Assembly (NCBI GenBank): GCA_012295275.1
Contig: CM022679.1
Location: 31,642,905-31,706,904, forward strand
Source of the DNA: Chrysomallon squamiferum
Lineage: Eukaryota; Animalia; Mollusca
Length of the DNA: 64,000 nt
Direction of reading: 5' to 3'
The notes beneath the pieces were generated by a model. That model was not told the DNA's origin. It did no database searches and was given only the letters and a program-made list of their open reading frames with translations. The translations under genes were made by a program, and so were the position numbers. The stretch's first letter is position 1. Every line of letters begins with the position of its first letter. This document shows positions 13,619-29,700 of the stretch, piece after piece.

Positions 13619-13766
13619 TTTGCAATGTTACAAGATTCTGCACAGTGTTGTTCTGTTCCACTCTATATGATTGTTGCGACGCATGGGAGACATCTCCACT
13701 TAGAGAAATTAATACATTTTACAATGTAAGGGAGGTAATTCTAATTAAGAAAATATTTTGTATCCA

Positions 13767-13950
13767 ACGGTCCAAGAGAGATAACTCCATTTAAGGAAAC
13801 TATTAAAAATGTACGGTCTAAGAGGGATAACTCCATTTAAGGAAATTATTAAAAATGTACGGTCAAAGAGAGATAACTCCATATAAGGAAATTATTAAAA
13901 ATTTACGGTCTGAGACGGATAACTCCATTTAAGTAAATTATTTAAACGTC
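13767..13950 (+). repeat. 46-bp minisatellite, 4 copies (ACGGTCxAAGAGAGATAACTCCATTTAAGGAAATTATTAAAAATGT)
   Basis: ACGGTC at 13767, 13813, 13859 and 13905, a period of exactly 46 bp. Confidence 0.92.
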
Positions 13951-14288
13951 CGGGCAACTTTTTTCGAGTTTTTTCGCATTCCGTGATTCTCTGCGAATAT
14001 TTCATTAGCCACCATTTTGATTGCTGCGTCTGTATTAGTACCTGCCCCGTCGTAGTACACGTTATTAATTCCATTGACAACACCGTTGACGGTGCTGTAC
14101 TTTGAAAGGTCGAAGTCTACATACGGGGAACTGCTGAAGCTGACGGTAGCTACTCTGGTGTCGTTGGCGCTGATGTCGAGGCCTCGGACAACGTGAACGA
14201 GAAAGTTTTGAACACGTATAAAGTTGTCCGCACCAATACTGCCCGACGTATCAACAATAAACACTAAATCTAAATTTGTCTTACAAGT
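13938..14288 (-). CDS. Exon 3 of gene copy 2: N-terminal ~60% of a von Willebrand factor A domain (collagen XII/matrilin-like)
   Basis: Follows the acceptor ttatttccacacag and reads TCKTNLDLVFIVDTSGSIG (MIDAS DxSxS)...TRVATVSFS...GTNTDAAI...GMRKNSKKV. The 3' boundary is uncertain and is given to the in-frame TAA. Confidence 0.85.
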   Translation of the reverse strand, partial: TCKTNLDLVFIVDTSGSIGADNFIRVQNFLVHVVRGLDISANDTRVATVSFSSSPYVDFDLSKYSTVNGVVNGINNVYYDGAGTNTDAAIKMVANEIFAENHGMRKNSKKVARTFK

Positions 14289-14297
14289 CTGTGTGGA

Positions 14298-14335
<38 letters not shown>

Positions 14336-14339
14336 CAAG

Positions 14340-14374
<35 letters not shown>

Positions 14375-14397
14375 TAGATAGATAGAGAGATAGATAT

Positions 14398-14540
<143 letters not shown>

Positions 14541-14820
14541 GCGAGAGAGAGGTTTAAGAACAATTCATAAAAGAAATAAATAAATACTTTCAAATTTTAT
14601 TTAACAATGACAAAGACAGAAAAATACCAAAGAAAAAAGAAAGAAGAACAGGAACAAGAAGAACAACAATCAACGTATAAAAGAAGGATGTAGACAAACA
14701 GGGAAAAGAGAGATGGAGAAACAGTTTAAGAAGAAGAAAATAATTAAAAAATTCTATCTAAAAAAAATAAAAATATGAAAGAGAAAAAAAATGAAAAAAA
14801 AATAAATAACAATAATAGTA

Positions 14821-14903
<83 letters not shown>

Positions 14904-15080
14904 GGCAGCCAATACAGCGACTCATTTCTCAGACAGTGTGGAACGTGTTTTTAACATTCACTTGATGTAAACGTTTCAAATGGACGACTGGGTTTTAATA
15001 TTAAAGCTTAAGCGTCACAGGTTTTATCTACTTACTAAAATTTGTTTACTAAAATAAAAGATATGGAAAGAAAGACCAAC

Positions 15081-15357
15081 CATTGACATCTGCTTTTCTT
15101 GTAAACACATCGACAGACTCATTCGGGCTGTAGATACGTTTCCACAGCAACGCTTGGCTTGTGACGTCACCGGGAATGCTGATCCCACTCTTCAGTTGAA
15201 TGTAGAGCGAAGCAGCGAGTCCAGAATACAGCGGTTTTAGTAGATCTCTCCACTTCCCCTGCTGCCATGTTATGTTGAGTGACGTCATAATTCTGTCACA
15301 CGTCACACTAACAGGTGGCGGGAAGTGATTAATTTCATTGAACTTTGATTCATCAAC
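15081..15357 (-). CDS. Exon 2 of gene copy 2: C-terminal half of the putative lysozyme-like domain
   Basis: Open 277-bp segment VDESKFNE...LNITWQQGKWRDLLKPLYSGLAASLYIQ...IPGDVTSQALLWKRIYSP...KADVN. It joins exon 1 in phase 0 to give GGIWQ|VDE. The acceptor is an unusual ttttttgag and the donor is G|gttggt. Confidence 0.75.
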
Positions 15358-15604
15358 CTCAAAAAATATTTAATAATTGATTTTTTATTAAATAAGAATA
15401 AATAAATGACTACTCCTCTTAATACTACTACTACTACTACTACTAATAATGATAATATAAAATCGTATTATTAATCGATACTATATTATATATATATATA
15501 TATATATATTTCTTTATTTACATTTTTTTTCATTATGTATATTTTTTCTTATATTTGTAAATGTGTTTTCACAAAGTTATATCGTATTCCATAAAATTCA
15601 CTAA

Positions 15605-15635
<31 letters not shown>

Positions 15636-15651
15636 ATCAATAAAGTTTCAC

Positions 15652-15903
15652 CTGCCAAATTCCTCCGTAAAACCCTTTTCTGTATGTTTTTGTATCTCCC
15701 CCATTATCGGACTCAACTAGAGCCAGTCGCTGCAAGAAAAGTCTGTCCTGAGAGAAGATGCAGTTGTCTCTGATCTGATCTACGACTGCAGTCACAACGT
15801 CATCACCTTTCTGCTTCTCTTTACGGGTTAGGTCTATTTCGCCGTCAATCACAACTGAAAGAACGACGACACAAAGAAAACGAAAGAGACAAGACGACGC
15901 CAT
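15652..15903 (-). CDS. Exon 1 of gene copy 2: signal peptide plus N-terminal half of the putative lysozyme-like domain
   Basis: ATG at 15903 (gaaATGg). MASSCLFRFLCVVVLSVVIDG is signal-peptide-like, followed by RLALVESDNG...YGGIWQ and the donor CAG|gtgaaa. Confidence 0.8.
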
Positions 15904-16798
15904 TTCTGACTGGAACCGAACCAGCAGACTCGAGAGTGTCAGAGAACGTGCGTGGCGCATATAAATGTTATCTTAGACGTTAAATATTTAAAACAAAACT
16001 TTTTTTTCTTTACTGTTATTATCAACACATATGTTCGTCTTCACGCTCATTTTTATTTTTTGTTTGTTCATTGTCTGAATAAAAATTTAAAAAGATAAAA
16101 ATTAAATAAATAAATAAAATAAAATAAAGATTATGACGATGACGATGATGATTGTAATATTATTATGTTAACATATCTGTTTGAAGATGGATTTTTCTGG
16201 CGTTCTTTCAACCATTACTTCCAAAGGATCAATGCGAACGTCAAAAAGAAAAAAAGAAAGAAAAGAAAAACAAATCATAGAATTGTATTTGCTGGTGGGA
16301 TCTTAAAACTTACATTTGTTTGACTGGACAGACGTAGGAATTACATTAAATTTCTTAAAGATGAAATTATTTAAATATGTCTCCCAAAGTTCTAGTTAGA
16401 GGGAAAAAATATATAATTGATATTTAAATATTTTGTTATTTATTTATTTATTTATTTATTTACTTATTTACTTACTTACTTATTTATTTATCTATTGTAG
16501 TGAATTGTCATAGCTGTACATTTTACGAATATTATTTTGAAAGTTTGCACTATCATTCTGTGTTTCGTAGAGTTCTGGAAAGAGGAAATGATATTATCGT
16601 AGACTGGTGTTTTAAGATTATTTAAAACAAGATATGTTAAAACGTTAGCTTGCTTTTATAACTCAACATTATGAGTGTTTTGAGATTCTGTCGCGTTTAT
16701 CTGACAATGAGTTCAACATCTATAAACAATATAGTCCTTAGTTGTGGTTTTTAGTTTTCTAAAATACATTTCCTATCGTACCTTTTGTAAATAAAACC

Positions 16799-16842
<44 letters not shown>

Positions 16843-16882
16843 CATTTCACTGTATAATAGCAGAGGAGGGGCTAAGTTCTGC

Positions 16883-18220
16883 TACGGGTAAGTTGTGCCA
16901 CACCCTCTCCAGGCTGGCTGACTGAGTGGATACGACTGAAAGATTCTGCCATCTACTGATTCGTGTTAGGATAAAATGATTTTTCTCACTGATGCAGGAG
17001 ACATGTAACTTCCCTAGAGAACAAAGATTCTCTGACAAAAAGTATGAATTTTGGTGTCTAATGTCGATCTTAGCCGGACAGATTTGTGAATTTCCTCCGT
17101 ACTCACTGCAAAGATTATGCTGAAATCACATTTCATGTATCATAACTAGAAAATTGTTTTCATATTATTTCTATCAGTAAAGGTGGAGTAACACGACCCA
17201 TTTCATATTTCCTCGTTTCAGCTACCACAACCACTTCATCAGGAGATCTATCTGCTGAGCAGCTACACATTGATGTACCAATGAAAAGCTGCTTATTCAG
17301 TGCATACACCATGTTATTCAGTACTGTACGGAACACAAGATCTTCTCACACTAGACAACCACCAGTCAAACATAACTTTACAGGTTGTTGAAGTTCTACG
17401 GATACTGGTATTGTGATGCTGTTTTACCTCCGCACACGAATCACTGAGATACTATTTGACAATGATATCCAATCTGTCGTGAATGAGACGGAAATGTCGG
17501 CTATGATTCCGAGGAATATATTATCGGAATTTAAAAGCACATTGGCATGTTTTTGTTTAAACAGGGACCTATTCACAAACTTCACTTCACTCCAGCAGAA
17601 TCCACTGACTGGAGGATAGAAGCAAACCAAGAATAGACTGATGAAGTGGATAATGACAGTGACAGTATGGCTATCGATTATCAAATTCAGGACAAGCAGA
17701 ATGATGTCAGTAGAGACATTTGTTGTTTTTTCTACCACAGATCACCCCACCCCACTGACTGACTATCAACTTCAACAGCAACAACTAACCTTGACAAATC
17801 GGCCGCGTCTCTCAGTAGTTCTGTTGATGATGTGGATGTGTCCCCTTCCGTAATTCTACGAACTCCACAGGCCGCCCCCCACCCCCGAAAAAAGCCACGA
17901 AACGTACGAAGAACAGTTCCAGGATGATGACTGACACTGCTATTCGAGATGCAGTTCCTGCTGCCTTGGTAGAAAGCGAACAAGTGCAAGGAAAACCAGG
18001 CCTACTCCAGAACTGTGTGTTCTTACGTCAGACGACAAGTGGTGCAGCAGCGTGATGATGACGAGACAAGTTGAATCTGATGCTGCATCTACCCAGGTAA
18101 CGCATCCACACAGCTTGAGATAAACGAAGAGGATTTTGTTAAGGTTAAATTTGCAGGAAAGTCAATCAGTAAGGAATACATTGCTAGGACTGATGCTGTA
18201 GGTGATGTTTCATTGCTAGG
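16883..18220 (+). mobile_element. Decayed pogo/Tigger-like DDE transposon, copy 2
   Basis: Duplicate of 9925-11260 within unit copy 2, with a small indel difference near 17540. Confidence 0.8.
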
Positions 18221-18315
18221 ACGATATCATCCACAAGCTTCCCGAGCAAACGACTGCACGAAGATCCCTCCAACTTGTTTACACGAGGAATTTATTAAAA
18301 AAATGAAATATAACA

Positions 18316-18374
<59 letters not shown>

Positions 18375-18425
18375 TCTTCAATTATAAGTTCTTCCACTGT
18401 CTGTCTCTCTGTCTGTATCTTTAAG

Positions 18426-20579
18426 GAGATGATCGTGATCAGTGACGTCGTTTTCTTCAATAGAAACACAACCTCTCTTGATACGTTCTGATTTTACATC
18501 AGTTGTTAACAGAGAGAGGAAAGGGAGGAACGGGAAATAGTGCTACTGGATCTCACATGTATGTATGTATGTATGTATACAAACACACACGCCCATACAT
18601 ACATGCACATATATATTTTACAGCGAAAACGGCAATGACAATAACTTCTATTACAACTGATGATGACAATAATAGTAGTAGTAGTAATAATAGTAGAAGT
18701 AGTAGTAATAGTAGAAGTGGTACTACCAGTAGTAGTAGTTATAGTAGTAACACTTTTATAAGCACTACTGCTACTACTATTTAAATTACTACTGCGGCTA
18801 CTCCTACTTTTAGCAATGCTACTACTACTGCATGTCAGGTACTACCCGCTATATTGCTCGATTTATCCGCACACTATTCTTATTAGCAGCAAGAAACAAC
18901 AAATTACTGTTACTACTGCTACCAGTCCTACAACTATCACCATTAACAAGAAAGTTGGTTCAAGCACCAAACTACTACTACTACTACTAGTACTAGTACT
19001 ACTACTACTACTACTACTGCTACTACTACTACTAATAATATTACTACATTACAACCTCGACAACTATTACATTATTTCTGTCACAGCTCGTTCATTTTAA
19101 TGTTTGTTCAACTGTTATAACTATCTCTACTGCTACAACTTCTACGACGTCAACAGTTACTAATATGACGAGATTACAAATGTAATTTTGTATTTTCTGA
19201 CTAACTCACCCACTGTGACAAGACTGGTAAAAAAAGGTAGTCCCATTTAAATAGGTTGCAAATACGGTAAGCACGTGCTTTCCAATATCACTTTTGTTAG
19301 CGTAAGGAAATAAAGATGTCATCACGTATCGAGTACACTTCACCTTCACGTTGTGGATGTTTACAGCAACGTGAACACTGCTGATGTTTCCTTGTTAACA
19401 TTTCCCTTTTTGTTCACAGACAGTGTTGGAACGGGAGAAAACAGTTTTGTTTAAGGAGACTGTTTGTCCTAGATGAGCCACGACAAAATTATTTTGTTTT
19501 GAAGAATCCACGAGTACAGGGTGAACTGCAACGATAGAAATAATGAATGGAAGAATGAAGAATGAAAACATTTGAGAACATAACTAATGAATGGATCGAT
19601 GGATGATTAATGGACGAACTGATTATGAATCATGGTTGGGAGGATAAAACATGAATAAAAAAGAACAAGAAAAAATATCCACGTAATTCTTATATAACGC
19701 TCACACAAAGAAACAGAAACAAACACAAAAATAATATACATATATACATAATCAGTAATTCAAAATTATTTAGTATTACAGATATTTAGAAAAGTAGAAT
19801 ATTAATCAATGTAGTTTTGTTTCTCTATCTGTTTCTTCTTTTCTTCTTTCTTTCTTTCTTTCTTACATTTACTTAGTTATATTGTTTTACAAAAATATAT
19901 TTAGAAACAAAATAAATAAATAAATTAATGATGATGATGATAAAAATAATAATAATGTTTTTAATAATAATAATAATGATAATAATAATAATGCATTTTA
20001 TTTCTGTGAGATCTTACCATCATTTTATCATGTGAAATACATCGTAATTACCATCATCATACAACCAAAACAAATTTATTTCATCATGTTAGCCAATAAC
20101 TGTTCCGATGTCATGTTGACGGACGCAAGCACGATCTCTGATGTCAAAAACCACGTGAATGGGACTCGCCTATCCTCTTTTTAAAAGACGTTTCGTTTCT
20201 TCTTTCCAGATGAATGAAGGTTGACTAGGCGTGAAGAAGAACGAAAAGAACGCTGTCGACGTACGGTGCACAAACCACGTTCAATCAGCTACGTGTATCC
20301 TCGGAAAGTCCACTTGGAACTTTCACGAGACATTCGTTTACTGTCTACTCATATTAGTTATAATCCTTCTCAGCTTCGCGTTGGTCTCTTTCTTTCTCAA
20401 TTTAGACCAGACTATTCGACAACGACTAACTTGTTATGACCGACATATTTTCACAGCAGTTCCAAAGTGCGAAAAAATTCACTGTATTGACCTACTGGTG
20501 GTACAAACGATGACGAAATCAGGAGACATCATACGTTATTAAGATCTATTCTCTGTTCGTGTTATTCTTTTTTAATAAA
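18426..20579 (+). pseudogene. Exon-like chain of unidentified gene, copy 2
   Basis: Duplicate of 11463-13618 (segments starting at 18426, 19420 and 20210, AATAAA at 20574), with a 1-bp deletion near 20483. Confidence 0.4.
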
Positions 20580-20727
20580 TTTGCAATGTTACAAGATTCT
20601 GCACAGTGTTGTTCTGTTCCACTCTATATGATTGTTGCGACGCATGGGAGACATCTCCACTTAGAGAAATTAATACATTTTACAATGTAAGGGAGGTAAT
20701 TCTAATTAAGAAAATATTTTGTATCCA

Positions 20728-20899
20728 ACGGTCCAAGAGAGATAACTCCATTTAAGGAAACTATTAAAAATGTACGGTCTAAGAGGGATAACTCCATTTA
20801 AGGAAATTATTAAAAATGTACGGTCAAAGAGAGATAACTCCATATAAGGAAATTATTAAAAATTTACGGTCTGAGACGGATAACTCCATTTAAGTAAAT

Positions 20900-20911
<12 letters not shown>
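20728..20911 (+). repeat. 46-bp minisatellite, second occurrence
   Basis: Same four units as 13767-13950. Confidence 0.92.
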
Positions 20912-22524
<1,613 letters not shown>

Positions 22525-22546
22525 CATTATGTAAATACAGACAAAC

Positions 22547-22667
<121 letters not shown>

Positions 22668-23027
22668 TGATTAATATCTGTCTGTACCCTTTTCCATCCG
22701 TTTTATTTTGTTCTTTTCAACAACAATATGAATGTATGTATGTGTGTGTATGTATGTACGTATATATATATAACCTGTATGTACGTATTATATATATATA
22801 TATATATTATTTATTGTTAGTATTATCATTATTATTACTATCATCATCGTCATCGTCATAATCTTTATTTTATTTTATTTATTTATTTATTTTTTATCTT
22901 TTTAAATTTTTATTCAGACAATGAACAAACAAAAAATAAAAATGAGCGTGAAGACGAACATATGTGGTGATAATAACAGCAAAGAGAAAAAAAAGTTTTG
23001 TTTTAAATATTTAACGTTTAAGATAAC

Positions 23028-23036
23028 ATTTATATG
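23028..23036 (+). promoter_or_regulatory. Possible TATA-like element ~60 bp upstream of the exon-1 ATG (also ~9000 and ~15961 on -)
   Basis: TTTATAT at the switch from AT-rich flank to GC-richer 5' leader. This is weak evidence in AT-rich DNA. Confidence 0.25.
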
Positions 23037-23090
23037 CGCCACGCACGTTCTCTGACACTCTCGAGTCTGCTGGTTCGGTTCCAGTCAGAA

Positions 23091-25072
<1,982 letters not shown>

Positions 25073-25081
<9 letters not shown>

Positions 25082-25256
25082 ATAATTTACTTAAATGGAG
25101 TTATCCGTCTCAGACCGTAAATTTTTAATAATTTCCTTATATGGAGTTATCTCTCTTTGACCGTACATTTTTAATAATTTCCTTAAATGGAGTTATCCCT
25201 CTTAGACCGTACATTTTTAATAATTTCCTTAAATGGAGTTATCTCTCTTGGACCGT
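25073..25256 (-). repeat. 46-bp minisatellite, inverted occurrence
   Basis: Reverse complement of 13767-13950. Confidence 0.9.
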
Positions 25257-25404
25257 TGGATACAAAATATTTTCTTAATTAGAATTACCTCCCTTACATT
25301 GTAAAATGTATTAATTTCTCTAAGTGGAGATGTCTCCCATGCGTCGCAACAATCATATAGAGTGGAACAGAACAACACTGTGCAGAATCTTGTAACATTG
25401 CAAA

Positions 25405-26565
25405 TTTATTAAAAAAAGAATAACACGAACAGAGAATAGATCTTAATAACGTATGATGTCTCCTGATTTCGTCATCGTTTGTACCACCAGTAGGTCAATA
25501 CGAGTGAATTTTTTCGCACTTTGGAACTGCTGTGAAAATATGTCGGTCATAACAAGTTAGTCGTTGTCGAATAGTCTGGTCTAAATTGAGAAAGAAAGAG
25601 ACCAACGCGAAGCTGAGAAGGATTATAACTAATATGAGTAGACAGTAAACGAATGTCTCGTGAAAGTTCCAAGTGGACTTTCTGAGGATACACGTAGCTG
25701 ATTGAACGTGGTTTGTGCACCGTACGTCGACAGCGTTCTTTTCGTTCTTCTTCACGCCTAGTCAACCTTCATTCATCTGGAAAGAAGAAACGAAACGTCT
25801 TTTAAAAAGAGGATAGGCGAGTCCCATTCACGTGGTTTTTGACATCAGAGATCGTGCTTGCGTCCGTCAACATGACATCGGAACAGTTATTGGCTAACAT
25901 GATGAAATAAATTTGTTTTGGTTGTATGATGATGGTAATTACGATGTATTTCACATGATAAAATGATGGTAAGATCTCACAGAAATAAAATGCATTATTA
26001 TTATTATCATTATTATTATTAAAAAACATTATTATTATTTTTATCATCATCATCATTAATTTATTTATTTATTTTGTTTCTAAATATATTTTTTGTAAAA
26101 CAATATAACTAAGTAAATGTAAGAAAGAAAGAAAGAAAGAAGAAAAGAAGAAACAGATAGAGAAACAAAACTATATTGATTAATATTCTACTTTTCTAAA
26201 TATCTGTAATACTAAATAATTTTGAATTACTGATTATGTATATATGTATATTATTTTTGTGTTTGTTTGTGTGTCTTTGTGTGAGCGTTATATAAGAATT
26301 ACGTGGATATTTTTTCTTGTTCTTTTTTATTCATGTTTTATCCTCCCAACCATGATTCATAATCAGTTCGTCCATTAATCATCCATCGATCCATTCATTA
26401 GTTATGTTCTCAAATGTTTTCATTCTTCATTCTTCCATTCATTATTTCTATCGTTGCAGTTCACCCTGTACTCGTGGATTCTTCAAAACAAAATAATTTT
26501 GTCGTGGCTCATCTAGGACAAACAGTCTCCTTAAACAAAAGAGTTTTCTCCTGTTCCAACAATGT
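25405..26565 (-). pseudogene. Exon-like chain of unidentified gene, inverted copy (last two segments)
   Basis: Reverse complement of 12457-13618, cut by the gap just upstream of the acceptor. Confidence 0.38.
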
Positions 26566-26586
26566 CTGTGAACAAAAAGGGAAATG

Positions 26587-26786
26587 NNNNNNNNNNNNNN
26601 NNNNNNNNNNNNNNNNNNNNNNNNNNNNNNNNNNNNNNNNNNNNNNNNNNNNNNNNNNNNNNNNNNNNNNNNNNNNNNNNNNNNNNNNNNNNNNNNNNNN
26701 NNNNNNNNNNNNNNNNNNNNNNNNNNNNNNNNNNNNNNNNNNNNNNNNNNNNNNNNNNNNNNNNNNNNNNNNNNNNNNNNNNNNNN
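26587..26786. other. Assembly gap (200 N)
   Basis: Run of exactly 200 N. Confidence 0.99.
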
Positions 26787-29700
26787 CTTACTTCTTACTT
26801 AGGTAATTATTTACGTACGTACTTACTTTCTTTCTTACTTAGGTAATTATTTACGTACTTAATTACATTATCACTTACTTAGGTAATTAAGGACGTACTT
26901 AGTTCCTTTCTTGCTTACTTAGCTAATTATACACATAGTGACTTATATTATTTCCTACTTAAGTAGTTATTTACGTATCTACCAGGTTACTTCTTTACTT
27001 AGGTAATTATTTACGTACTTTCTTACTTTGATTCTTACTTAGGTAATTATTTACGTACTTATTTACTTTCTCTGTTTCTCAGGTAATTACTAATGTGCTT
27101 ACTTACATTCTTACTTGCATAGGCAATGTTTTACATACTCACTGGCCTTCTTCCTTACTTAGGTAACTATTTCCGAAGTTATCATATTTCTTGCTTAGTT
27201 AGCAAAGTACTTATGTACTTACTTGCTTTAATGCTTACTTAGGTAATGATTTACGAAATTACCAGGTTCTTTGCTTAGTTAGCTAATTACTTATGTACTT
27301 ACTTGCTTTCTTTCTTAGTTAGATAATTGTTAACGTACATAATTACATTCTCACTTTCTAACGTAATTATTGTCGTTCTTACTTCCTTTCTTGCTTACTT
27401 AGGTAATTACAGACGTACTTACTTACATTCTATCTTACTTAGGTAATTATTTACGTACCTGCCAGCTTACTTCCTTACTTAGGTAATTATTTACGTACTT
27501 ACTTACTTTCTTTCTTACTTAGGTAATTATTTACGTACTTATTTACTTTTTGTCTTTCTTAGGTAATTACTAATGTACTTCCTTACGTTCTTAGTTGGTT
27601 AGGTAATTATTTACGTACTTAATTACATTATCACTTACTTAGGTAATTAAGGACGTACTTACTTCCTTTCTTGCTTACTTAGGTAATTATTTACGTATCT
27701 GCCAGCTTACTTCGTTACTTAGGTAATTATTTACGTACTTACTTACTTTCTTTCTTACTTAGGTAATTATTTACGTACTTATTTACTTTCTGTCTTTCTT
27801 AGGTAATTACTAATGTACTTCCTTACATTCTTAGTTACTTAGGTAATTATTTACGTACTTAATTACATAATCACTTACTTAGGTAATTAAGGACGTACTT
27901 ACTTCCTTTCTTGCTTACTTAGGTAATTATACACATAGTTACTTATATTCTTTCCTACTTAAGTAGTTAATTACGTATCTACTAGCTTACTTGCTTACTT
28001 AGGTAATTATTTACGTACATACTTTCTTTCTTACTTAGGTAATTATTTACGTACTTATTTTCTTTCCCTCTTTCTTAGGTAATTAGTAATGTAGTTATTT
28101 ACATTCTTAATTGCTGAGGTAACTATTGATGTACTTCGTTGCTTTCTTTTTTAGTTAGGTGATTATACACAGGTTCTTTGCTTAGTTAGCTAATTACTTA
28201 TGTACTTAATTGCTTTCTTTCTTAGTTAGATAATTGTTAACGTACATAATTACATTCCCACTTTCTAACGTAATTATTGTCGTTCTTACTTGCTTTCTTG
28301 CTTACTTAGGTAATTACAGACGTAGTTACTTACATTCTATCTTACTTAGGTAATTATTTACGTACCTGCCAGCTTACTTCCTTACTTAGGTAATTACTTA
28401 CGTACTTACTTTGTTTCGTATTTAGGTAATTATTTACGTACTTATTTACTTTCTGTCTTTCTTAGGTAATTACTAATGTGCTTCCTTACGTTCTTAGTTG
28501 CTTAGGTAATTATTTACGTACTTAATTACATTATCACTTACTTAGGTAATTAAGGACGTACTTACTTCCTTTCTTGCTTACTTAGGTAATTATTTACGTA
28601 CTTATTTACTTTCCGTCTTTCTTAGGTAATTAGTAATGTAGTTATTTACATTCTTACTTGCTGAGGTAACTATTGATGTACTACTTTGCTTTCTTTCTTA
28701 GGTGATTATACACACAATTACTGATATTATATCTTACTTACATCCTTATTTAAGTAATTAGTAGAGTACTTGCTTACTTAGGTAATTATATACCTACTGA
28801 CTTTCTTTCTTACTTACGGAATTATTTAGTATTTACATACTTTCTTTCTTTCTTGGGTAATTGCTAATGTGCTTACTTACATTCTTACTTGCATAGGCAA
28901 TGTTCTACATACTGACTGGCCTTCTTGCTTACTTAGGTAACTACTTACGAAGTTATCATATTTCTTGCTGAGTTAACAAAGTACTTATGTACTTACTTGC
29001 TTTCATGCTTAGTTAGGTAATGATTTACGAAATTACCAGGTTCTTTGCTTTGTTAGCTAATTACTTATGTACTTACTTGCTTTCTTTCTTAGTTAGATAA
29101 TTGTTAACGTACATAATTACATTCTCACTTTCTAAGGTAATTATTGTCGTTCTTACTTCCTTTCTTGCTTGCTTAGGTAATTACAGACGTACTTACTTAC
29201 ATTCTATCTTACTTAGGTAATTATTTACGTACTTACTTACTTTCTTTCTTAGTTAGGTAATTATTTACGCACTTATTTACTTTTTGTCTTTCTTAGGTAA
29301 TTACTAATGTACTTCCTTACGTTCTTAGTTGCTTAGGTAATTATTTATGTAAGTAATTACATTATCACATACTTAGGTAATTAAGGACGTACTTACTTCC
29401 TTTCTTGCTTACTTAAGTAATTATACACATAGTTACTTATATTCTTTCCTACTTAAGAAGTTTTTTACGTATCTACTAGCTTACTTGCTTACTTAGGTAA
29501 TTATTTACGTACCTACTTACTTTCTTTCTAACTTAGGTAATTATTTACGTACTTATTTACGTACTTATTTACTTTCCCTCTTTCTTAGGTAATTAGTAAT
29601 GTAGTTATTCACATTCTTACTTGCTGAGGTAACTGTTGATGTACTTCGTTGCTTTCTTTCTTAGGTGATTATACACACAATTACTGATGTTATATCTTAC

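Larger units (their letters stand above)
7043..14000 (+). repeat. ~6.96-kb segmental duplication unit, copy 1
   Basis: TTCATTAGCCACC at 7043 recurs at 14001 and 20964 (offsets 6958 and 6963). The ORF track is duplicated almost identically. The unit phase is set arbitrarily by the gap. Confidence 0.95.

Noticed and set aside
13767-13950. 46-bp repeats as a mini CRISPR array
   Set aside because: The units are contiguous tandem copies with no spacers.
22670-22720. KTDGK peptide on the minus strand as the missing vWA TDG exon
   Set aside because: It has no preceding hydrophobic strand and no splice acceptor, and it lies upstream of the vWA exon rather than downstream.
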